This document shows positions 16,820 to 24,245 of a stretch of DNA of 24,245 bases, piece after piece. The translations under genes were made by a program, and so were the position numbers. The stretch is taken from assembly GCA_050178385.1 (NCBI GenBank), contig JBFXGD010000040.1, forward strand, positions 1 through 24,245, in the 5' to 3' direction. Every line of letters starts with the position of its first letter. The stretch's first letter is position 1. The notes beneath the pieces were generated by a model, which was not told where the DNA came from, did not search any database, and saw only the letters and a list, made by a program, of their open reading frames with translations. This stretch comes from Calditrichaceae bacterium (GTDB taxonomy: Bacteria > Calditrichota > Calditrichia > Calditrichales > JBFXGD01).

Positions 16820-16850
16820 TAAAATAGCCGTTCAATGAACGGCTATTTTA
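16820..16850 (-). terminator. Rho-independent terminator after the acyl-CoA dehydrogenase gene
   Basis: Perfect inverted repeat TAAAATAGCCGTTCA-A-TGAACGGCTATTTTA 6 bp past the stop at 16857. On the minus strand it runs into a U-rich tract (TTTTAAATTCTTTT). Confidence 0.85.
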
Positions 16851-16856
16851 CTGACA

Positions 16857-18554
16857 CTAATCGTTCATTTCGTACAGGCCGTTTAAGGCGTAAACATGCT
16901 CTTTCCAGATCTTTCCATATCTTTTTTCATCAACAACCGGCTTACGGATCATGTTCATGGCGTATTCCATTTGTTTTGAATTCGCTGTAGGTTTGCTGTA
17001 TAACAAGAGTGCGAATTTTGAAAAATCCCTTACCATAAAATCAAAAATCTGATCAATAAGCGCGTCTTCAATCTTATAAATTTTTGCGTTTTCAAGAATT
17101 AACTGACCATAAACAATCAATGTAAAAATCTCGCCAAGACTCAGGAGGAAATCAATATCTTTTGTTTGAGCTTCGTCCGGTGCCGCAGTCGCCAGCAATT
17201 TTTTAAACACAGAAATCTGTTCCTTAAAGATATTTACATTGGGCAGATCATGTTTATCATACACCTTTTTATAATCATGAAACTGTATTTTTCCGAGTCC
17301 GCGCGTCGCTCCCTGCTTAAAAAGGAAATCATCATTTTTTGGAGTATCAATCTGGCCCACTTCCGGAAAATCCGCCGGATTGAAGAAATAATTCGCCATG
17401 AATTTTACAATCAGCGCGATATTGACATGAACCGTTCCTTCAAGCTTAGGAAGGGCCCGGATATCGCGCGCCGCCATTTCAAAGAACGTGTCCTTTTCAA
17501 AACCTTTCGCCGCGATTACATCCCATAATAAATTGATCACTTCCTCACCCTGTGTGGTCACTTTCATCTTCACAACCGGATTATACAACAGATACCGCCG
17601 GTCATCCGGAGATGCTGTCCGCATATAATCTGCGGCTCTCAGAGCGAATAGTTTCATGGCAACAAGCCGGGCGTACGCGTCAGTGAACAATTGCTTCACA
17701 TGCGGAAAATCGGTCACATACATATTGTAGAGCCGGCGGTTGGCGGCATGATTGATCGCTTCGTAGAACGCATGAGTGCTAATGCCGATGGATGCCCATC
17801 CCAGATTGTATTTTCCGATATTTACCGTATTTAACGCGCTGTCCCAGGCTTCCTGCCCTTTAGACAGAATCTCATTTTCGGAAATCGGGTAATCACGCAA
17901 GAGATATTCGGAAACATAATTCTGTGTGGAAACGATATTTTTGATACATTCATAATTTTTATGGCTATAGTTCGCGACAAAGAAAACATAATCTCCGGAT
18001 TCTGCCATTTTCCCGAACGTGGACACCATTGGGGCCACATTTCCGTTGCCGATATAATATTTACTGCCGTTTGCCAGATAAGTACCGTCACCCTTTGCCT
18101 TGAGATTCATCTCGGTCGAATACACATCAGCCCCGTGATCCTTTTCCGACAGACCGAAGGCGAATACTTCGCCATCCTGCAGAAGTTTGGCGGCATGTTT
18201 TTTCTGAGTTTCATTCAGGCTCATCCAGATGGGTCCAAGTCCGAGTATGGTCACCTGCCAGGTGTACCAGTACGCGAGTCCGTAAAAAGCGAGAATTTCA
18301 TTGAATTCGCAAATCCGCCATGTATCCCAGCGGTAATTTTCATCTCCGTATTCTGTAGGAGTCAGCAGTGTGGCGAATAATTTTTCCTTTTTTTGAAATT
18401 CGAGAAAATCAGAGTACCATATTCGTTTATGGTCATCATCCTTCAGTTTTTGTTTGCCTTTTTGCTCAAAAAATTCAATCGTTTTCAGCATCAGGTCTTT
18501 TGTTTTTCCATCGGGATAATGACGAACATGATTTTTGGGATTTAACAGAATCAT
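16857..18554 (-). CDS. Acyl-CoA dehydrogenase
   Basis: AFGLSEKDHGAD, ANGSKYYIGNG and KLEGTVHVN ACAD motifs. SD AGGAG. Confidence 0.92.
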   Translation of the reverse strand: MILLNPKNHVRHYPDGKTKDLMLKTIEFFEQKGKQKLKDDDHKRIWYSDFLEFQKKEKLFATLLTPTEYGDENYRWDTWRICEFNEILAFYGLAYWYTWQVTILGLGPIWMSLNETQKKHAAKLLQDGEVFAFGLSEKDHGADVYSTEMNLKAKGDGTYLANGSKYYIGNGNVAPMVSTFGKMAESGDYVFFVANYSHKNYECIKNIVSTQNYVSEYLLRDYPISENEILSKGQEAWDSALNTVNIGKYNLGWASIGISTHAFYEAINHAANRRLYNMYVTDFPHVKQLFTDAYARLVAMKLFALRAADYMRTASPDDRRYLLYNPVVKMKVTTQGEEVINLLWDVIAAKGFEKDTFFEMAARDIRALPKLEGTVHVNIALIVKFMANYFFNPADFPEVGQIDTPKNDDFLFKQGATRGLGKIQFHDYKKVYDKHDLPNVNIFKEQISVFKKLLATAAPDEAQTKDIDFLLSLGEIFTLIVYGQLILENAKIYKIEDALIDQIFDFMVRDFSKFALLLYSKPTANSKQMEYAMNMIRKPVVDEKRYGKIWKEHVYALNGLYEMND

Positions 18555-18612
18555 AGCGGCTCCTTTTTAATTCAACCGGTCATTTATCTTAAAATTTGTC
18601 TAAAACAATCAC

Positions 18613-19761
18613 TCATCTAAGCCAGAAGCCGACGCCGACACCGATGAATGTGGCAACCGCGTACCCCAGTGTTCCGCAAAGAATGGCCGGAATGATAAGC
18701 GCTTCCCATCTTCTGGCGACAGCCATCGCGGCCGCGGTTGTCGGTCCGCCCATATTCGCGTTTGAAGCAATGACAATTTCGGCCAGGTCTAATTTAAACA
18801 TTTTTCCGGCGATCAGTATAAAAAGCAGATGAACAAGAAGAATGAGCCCGGCAAAGACAAAAAGAACCGGTCCTACTTTCAGAACGATCATGATGTTGGC
18901 GCTCGCGCCGATGGTGGCAAAAAACACCTGCATCAGCAACGTGCCTATCTGATCCGCCCCGGTTATTTTTCCCAGCTGTTTCGGGAAAACGGTGGCCGCG
19001 ATAACGATCAAAGCAGTAATAAACAGAATCCCGCTCCCATCGATTCCTGACAAGTCGGCAAAGTAAAATCCGGCAGCGCATACCGCCAGACCGATGGCGA
19101 GACTCTTCCCCATATTCAGCAGATTTAATCCGCTTGCATCCATATAGGAAACACTTTGGGCGTCAACCGAATTTTGCGCCTTTTCTTCATGATGCGTGGG
19201 AAATTTTCTCTGTAGAAAAGCAATGGAAGGAAGGGCGAAAAGCACCAGAAAATAGATGGTCATCACGAGATTATCGGCTGCCACACCCGCGGCGAGAAGG
19301 TCACTCGATTTTAGCTGCAGAGCTTCCGCGGAAGCGACAAAATTCATCGATCCGCCGATATAGGTGGAACAGAAAATTCCCGCTAATTTCCACCCTTCAG
19401 GTCCCAGAGGAATCGTCTGAAAAGCGATCCACGTGCCAATCACCGTACCGATGGCTCCGAATGTGAAGGCCAGCAGAGTGGGACCGGCTTCTTTTATTAT
19501 CCGTCGTAAATCCGCCCTGAAAAGCAGGAGGGGGATGGCCAGCGGGACGAGATATGACCAGACAATATCATATGCGGGGGCGGACGCCGGTATGATGGAC
19601 AAATTTGATAAAATAAACGTTCCGAGAATCGAAATGACTACAGCGGAAAGCCGCGCTCCCCATTTTGTTTTTTCCGCCCAAAGACCAAACGCGGCTACCG
19701 AGAAAAGCACTGCCCAGATAATCCAATGTTGATTTTCAGATATAAGCGTCGTTTCAAACAT
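18613..19761 (-). CDS. DUF819-family integral membrane protein (putative transporter)
   Basis: About 10-12 TM helices; LVPLAIPLLLF, STYIGGSMNF and ASNANMGGPTTA match this family as I recall it. Start moved to ATG 19761 (SD AGGAG) from GTG 19791. Confidence 0.82.
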   Translation of the reverse strand: MFETTLISENQHWIIWAVLFSVAAFGLWAEKTKWGARLSAVVISILGTFILSNLSIIPASAPAYDIVWSYLVPLAIPLLLFRADLRRIIKEAGPTLLAFTFGAIGTVIGTWIAFQTIPLGPEGWKLAGIFCSTYIGGSMNFVASAEALQLKSSDLLAAGVAADNLVMTIYFLVLFALPSIAFLQRKFPTHHEEKAQNSVDAQSVSYMDASGLNLLNMGKSLAIGLAVCAAGFYFADLSGIDGSGILFITALIVIAATVFPKQLGKITGADQIGTLLMQVFFATIGASANIMIVLKVGPVLFVFAGLILLVHLLFILIAGKMFKLDLAEIVIASNANMGGPTTAAAMAVARRWEALIIPAILCGTLGYAVATFIGVGVGFWLR

Positions 19762-19803
19762 TCCGGTTCTCCTTGTGAAGTCGTTCCACACGATTATTCG
19801 AAT

Positions 19804-21435
19804 TTAAAATTGTTCATCATATTTTGTCCACAATTCATCCCCGAGTTTCCAGGCGCGGTCAACTACTTTGTTTCCCCAATCCATGGAGTATTTGGTTAAA
19901 AATGCCCTGGATTTATTCTTGTTTTTATTATAAAGTTTCAACGCTTCGTTTTCTGTGTTTTTCTGATTGGCGAACACTTCCGCCTGCATAGGATTCCAGA
20001 CGGCGTCCACATCTTTTCTCATATCGCCCCAGCGCTGCGCGGCAAGGGTTCCAAGCCGGTTAAACGCCCACCAGGCGGATTCATACGTAAATCCGTTCAC
20101 CCTTCCAGGCGTTTTATAAGATTTTGGTACATCAGTGATGCTGCAGTAAAAAGGCACATATATAGAAGTGGCCGTGTTATCCATCGCCATCCAGACCACC
20201 CCGCCAATCTCATCCGGCAGCCAGTCTCTCGACTGTGTAATGGTCGCGTACATGGTAAACCAGCGGGCGATGGGTCTTTCACCTCGCCAGCCCCAGCCCC
20301 CGTTCACGTTAAAAATAGGATTCATATCGTACGGCATGAACGGATTGGCGAATGGTGAAATCTCCGTTTTACCATCCTTATTTGTCCGGGTGATATGCTT
20401 TACGAAATTATAATCCGTTCCTTCATAATAATCTTTGAAAATTTCGACCATTTTTTCGAGAGTAATCAACGTATCGGGTTTAACCGAAAACGGATAATTT
20501 TCTGAATTCGGATGCAGCCCCAGCGAAGGAGCGGCGAGATCCAATACGCGCCATTCTCTTCTCCGGGCAGCAAAGGATGTCCGGCCTTCGGGATCATAAG
20601 CATAACAGAATTCAAACGGACCATCTTCCGGATTCCACCAGCCGCTGTCCTGAGCGACGGAGAATACATTTCCGGAGGCCATAAAGTAATCGCTGTTTTT
20701 AAGATCGATTTGGCGGATTCTGCTGGCATTGGCATTGACGGAAATCTCACCGTCCGGCACACGCTGAGCCGCCCATACCGCCCCTAAATGGCCTTTCCCC
20801 GGTCCGATAATTTCCAGACTCCACACTTCCTTTGCATCAGCAATAGTCAGACATTCGCCATAGTCATTCCAGCCGTATTCCTTCATGAGATCGCCGGCAA
20901 GAAGGATCGCTTCACGGGCGGTTGCCGTTCTCTCCAGCATCAGACGGACAAGCTGCTGACAATCGATTAATCCGCTGTCGGAGTGCATGGATTCTCTTCC
21001 TCCGAATGTGGATTCACCTATTCCAAGCTGTTTGTCGTTCATACAGGGATAGGCTGTATTGATAAAGCCGTGAGTATATTCAATCTGCGGGATTTCGCCG
21101 ATCGGGATATGTTTGTAAGCCGGCATCGCCAGGGAATCATTTCTTACCCGCTTTTTCATGGTCACCATTGTCCCCTTTTTATGCTTCCGCGCCGATTCAA
21201 TATCCAGCCAGGATCTTGTGCGGTGACTGTCATCGGTATGGGAAGTCATTACCGATCCATCCGCGGAGGCCAGCTTACCCACCATGATTGTCGTACAGCC
21301 ATTGGGACGACCGCCTTCCCAGTCAGGCTTTTCGAAATCGTCTGACTGCGCGTTGACAGGAATTGCGGATATTAAAATAAAATTTAAAACAAGAAACGGT
21401 AAACGGTATTTGAAGAGTGTTCTGACAATAAGCAT
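19804..21435 (-). CDS. C69-family dipeptidase (Ntn hydrolase), exported
   Basis: Signal peptide; nucleophile motif GCTTIMVGKLASADGSVMTSHTDD; MNDKQLGIGEST; LERTATAREAI; ANASRI. Confidence 0.9.
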   Translation of the reverse strand: MLIVRTLFKYRLPFLVLNFILISAIPVNAQSDDFEKPDWEGGRPNGCTTIMVGKLASADGSVMTSHTDDSHRTRSWLDIESARKHKKGTMVTMKKRVRNDSLAMPAYKHIPIGEIPQIEYTHGFINTAYPCMNDKQLGIGESTFGGRESMHSDSGLIDCQQLVRLMLERTATAREAILLAGDLMKEYGWNDYGECLTIADAKEVWSLEIIGPGKGHLGAVWAAQRVPDGEISVNANASRIRQIDLKNSDYFMASGNVFSVAQDSGWWNPEDGPFEFCYAYDPEGRTSFAARRREWRVLDLAAPSLGLHPNSENYPFSVKPDTLITLEKMVEIFKDYYEGTDYNFVKHITRTNKDGKTEISPFANPFMPYDMNPIFNVNGGWGWRGERPIARWFTMYATITQSRDWLPDEIGGVVWMAMDNTATSIYVPFYCSITDVPKSYKTPGRVNGFTYESAWWAFNRLGTLAAQRWGDMRKDVDAVWNPMQAEVFANQKNTENEALKLYNKNKNKSRAFLTKYSMDWGNKVVDRAWKLGDELWTKYDEQF

Positions 21436-21700
21436 GAGCGCTCCTTTTTGGCCGGTATTGATTTCACGCGTAAATTAAAAATAAGGTAATAAATTTCTGC
21501 TTCAAATTAAAATGAACAGGGGCATTATTAGACAAAAGATCTTTAAACCGCAGTAAAATGTTCTGTAAATTTTGATTTCAGAATGATTTATTTACCGTTT
21601 GTTTGTAAATAATGCTATAATTTCAGAATTTACTTTTCTGAAAAACCGAAGAAAAAAATTGATGTGCAGACCGAACGGGGATGATTATGTTCTTATTGAT

Positions 21701-22063
21701 TTATCGGGCAAATGTAACCTTAACCTGGGCGTATTTTCCGGATTCATGAACAATTTCACTCTGAGCGTTATATGATTTAAGAGCATCATCGACCTGCGCG
21801 CTCCAGACGGGAAGTTCCGCGGCGTCGGTGAATGCCATAAAACTGAGAAGATAGTCTTTATCCCTCAAATCAAGAGAAATTTCCATGGGCTGAGCTGTTG
21901 TCTGATTCAGATAATTCATGATGTAATTGATCACCTTTATCAGCGGTTTGGGATCATCCGCTTCAAAACGGCAGCCTTCATCGAGACATAAATTTGTCTG
22001 GATATCTTTATTTTCATTGATCATTATAATCAAATTTTTTAAATCAACCGTATTTTCCGTCAT
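21701..22063 (-). CDS. Hypothetical protein (possibly degenerate HATPase-like fold)
   Basis: 120-aa ORF with SD GGAG and protein-like composition. The fold guess comes from the pattern DPKPLIKVINYIMNYL...EISLD. Confidence 0.65.
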   Translation of the reverse strand: MTENTVDLKNLIIMINENKDIQTNLCLDEGCRFEADDPKPLIKVINYIMNYLNQTTAQPMEISLDLRDKDYLLSFMAFTDAAELPVWSAQVDDALKSYNAQSEIVHESGKYAQVKVTFAR

Positions 22064-22267
22064 TATTTACTCCGTTTATTTAGATTATCCGGATTGTACC
22101 TGACATCGACAATTAATATTATCGGTTATAATTCTGAATTATTAATTTCTGCCCGAAAATTTCATTCCATTCTCATCATTTCTAATTAGATCGGCCAAAT
22201 ACAAGAGAATGTTTAGTAATTTATTATTATATTCAGAAATTTGATCCTGAAAATCAATCGAAATAAA

Positions 22268-22684
22268 TCAGGATTCTGACTGTGTTTCGAAATGATCCAC
22301 TATCAGTACAAGCCCCTGAATTTCTTTGATAACAACACGTCCACCTTTTTTCACTGGACTCGCCCCGTCATATAACCGCGCCCGCCATAATTCGCCACCG
22401 ACGCGTATCATTCCCTCCGGATTAAGCGGTTCGTTCGCGACACCTTTCCCCCCGATCAGATTATTTGATCTTGCGGGACGCGACGGATCGTAGGAATGCC
22501 AGACATGAGGAAAGAGAAGAACATCCTTGACCAGCCACAGGGAAATAATGACAAGATTTATCCAAACCGGATAATCAATCCACTCACCCGCGGCAAAAAG
22601 TATGGTACTGAGTATGACAATTCCGGGTATTTGTAAAAATATATACCTGATCAGAATCTTTTTCGTCCACTCATCTTTTTTCAT
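22268..22684 (-). CDS. NfeD-family membrane protein (C-terminal OB domain)
   Basis: Two TM helices followed by LIGGKGVANEPLNPEGMIRVGGELWRA...GGRVVIKEIQGLVLIV. Start moved to ATG 22684 (SD GGAG). Confidence 0.85.
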   Translation of the reverse strand: MKKDEWTKKILIRYIFLQIPGIVILSTILFAAGEWIDYPVWINLVIISLWLVKDVLLFPHVWHSYDPSRPARSNNLIGGKGVANEPLNPEGMIRVGGELWRARLYDGASPVKKGGRVVIKEIQGLVLIVDHFETQSES

Positions 22685-22977
22685 TTCACTGCTCCAGGAT
22701 GCTCCGGTTTGATTTATAAACGGCACGTCTGTCCAGATGGATTCGAGTCATCTCGGCTGCTTTCAGTCTGATTTTTTGACAAATATTTTAGATAGACTTT
22801 TAGATGTCTGCAACTCTCATGGGATCAATCTCTCAAAAATATCCCCGGTAATCAATAAAATAATCCGTTTAATAAAAAGAGATGTCGAAAAAATGATCAA
22901 TTAATTTTATTGTCTAATAATTAAATGTTTACAAAATAACCGTCGATAATCTAAATAGATAGAAAGAAAGGAATGTT

Positions 22978-23862
22978 ATGCAAAAATTCCAATCGACCAA
23001 TCAACCGCATGAACATTTTTATGAACATGTGGGTGAGGTAGTAAAAGCTTTGGATAATTTGAAGATTATACCCGTGCATGAGCATGGTATCAAGGCGGTA
23101 TTTAAAGAACTTGACCGCCAGAATATACAACCGGCTTTTGGAAGTCTGAGAATTGACCGTGACAAAGAAGGAAGAGTATTTATAAAAGAATACCGGCCTT
23201 CACCTTCACTGTTCAGAACCGGATATTTCCATTCCATTGATTCGCAGCTCCCGTTTTGGGAAAAAGTGGGGAGCGCCATTATCCGACTGTCGGAAAACAA
23301 AATCCGACTGCTTAAAGAACCGGATCAGCAGCCGAAAGGCAAAAAATCCTGGTTTAAAAAAGGCAGCGAATTTTGTATCATTCTTCAGGGAAATATGGAT
23401 AAAAATTATCTAAAAATCCTGATAGAACAGGGACGGATAAGCTATGACACCAATAAAGATAATCTAAGAGAAGAAAATATTTTTTCCGCGCTCGAGATTC
23501 TCTCGAAGACTGCTATGAATCAGATCATCGAAATACGAATCCTGAACAAACAATTTTATCTGAAAGAGATAGGCGGAACACTTCTTCTCAGAGATAAATC
23601 CACCCGTGACATTGCCTGTATAATCGGTCGAAAAACGGACGGCGCACTCTATACGGCGCCCGGTGAATATAATTCCGAAATTTCTGAAAATGATCTGAAT
23701 CTGAAGGTGGGTCCCGTGGAAGTATCCAGGGAGATCAATCTTTGCGGTGACGCGCTTGTCAGAGAAAAGAAAATGCTGATTCTGGATGAAATCACTCTTG
23801 AAGACCTGAAAGAATTCCTGAAAAACGCTGAAGCATATTACACTGAATTATCTGAAGTATAG
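22978..23862 (+). CDS. Hypothetical protein
   Basis: 294-aa ORF with SD AAGGA; the only credible plus-strand gene. No motif recognised. Confidence 0.8.
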   Translation: MQKFQSTNQPHEHFYEHVGEVVKALDNLKIIPVHEHGIKAVFKELDRQNIQPAFGSLRIDRDKEGRVFIKEYRPSPSLFRTGYFHSIDSQLPFWEKVGSAIIRLSENKIRLLKEPDQQPKGKKSWFKKGSEFCIILQGNMDKNYLKILIEQGRISYDTNKDNLREENIFSALEILSKTAMNQIIEIRILNKQFYLKEIGGTLLLRDKSTRDIACIIGRKTDGALYTAPGEYNSEISENDLNLKVGPVEVSREINLCGDALVREKKMLILDEITLEDLKEFLKNAEAYYTELSEV

Positions 23863-23892
23863 ATAATCTGAACCGGCAAGTTTTTTCATCCC

Positions 23893-24245
23893 TTAGTACC
23901 GGAGAATCAACCTGGCCGAATCCGCCAAGGCGCGGTAGATCGCCCTTACATCATTTCGGTCAAGAACCAGACTGATCCGCTTGTCACGATCTTCCGGCTC
24001 CCGGAACATCGCCGGAACATTATCGGAATCAATGCCGGTCTCACGGGCCAACAGACGCAAACCGCGGTCAAACTCCAGTTCAAACATAAATTCCTGATTC
24101 TCCACAGGCCTTTTCAATAAAAAAAGCGCGTCGGATGTGTCCGGCTTTGATGTTATATCTTTTACCAGAATCGGTTGTTTCGGCAGCGTCGCCTGTTCAT
24201 TTTGGAGAGTAAACGGCTTAGACAGCCATTCCTTTAATCCGCCCT
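23893..24245 (-). CDS. Hypothetical protein, C-terminal part (5' end outside window)
   Basis: The frame of the 74-aa track ORF stays open to the right edge (...GGLKEWLSKPFTLQNEQATLPKQPILVKDITSKPDTSDALFLLKRPVENQ...). It converges on 22978..23862. Confidence 0.75.
   Translation of the reverse strand, partial: GGLKEWLSKPFTLQNEQATLPKQPILVKDITSKPDTSDALFLLKRPVENQEFMFELEFDRGLRLLARETGIDSDNVPAMFREPEDRDKRISLVLDRNDVRAIYRALADSARLILRY

Noticed and set aside
326..21478. Many plus-strand ORFs in the track (e.g. 3345..3848, 15185..15772, 15986..16426) and short nested minus-strand ORFs
   Set aside because: They lie antisense to or out of frame within well-supported genes and show no recognisable motifs; treated as shadow ORFs.
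1..24245. CRISPR arrays, IS elements/integrases, tRNA or rRNA genes
   Set aside because: I saw no regularly spaced repeats, transposase or integrase ORFs, or structural RNA signatures; nearly all sequence is explained by protein genes.

Overview
Bacterial contig edge, AT-rich. The N-terminal carboxypeptidase-regulatory-like domain on the TonB-dependent receptor hints at an FCB-group diderm, but this is inference. About 16.3 kb (18-16330, minus strand) is one tightly spaced, co-oriented cluster for nitrous-oxide respiration. In transcription order it encodes: MerR regulator with a Cys-rich tail; GltD/DsrL-like FAD/Fe-S NAD(P)H oxidoreductase; Tat-exported Rieske protein; cytochrome b (b6-like part fused to a subunit-IV-like part, APWY Qo motif); pentaheme cytochrome c; clade II (Sec-type) nosZ; nosB; an unknown exported protein; nosD; nosF; nosL with an extra cupredoxin-like domain; nosY; a small Cys/His-rich ORF ending in HPPE; a TlpA-like thioredoxin; two more NosL-family proteins; and a truncated TonB-dependent receptor that the ORF track missed. 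There are two main candidates for novelty. (i) A dedicated Rieske/cytochrome b complex with its own NAD(P)H flavoprotein replaces nosGH/nosR as the apparent electron supply to NosZ. (ii) A possible copper-sensing leader/arrest peptide (CruR/CutF-like architecture) sits in front of a copper-acquisition module. The right part is ordinary: acyl-CoA dehydrogenase, DUF819 protein, C69 dipeptidase, NfeD-like protein and hypotheticals. Bases 1-17 are Illumina adapter. All family calls come from motif recognition by eye, not database searches.
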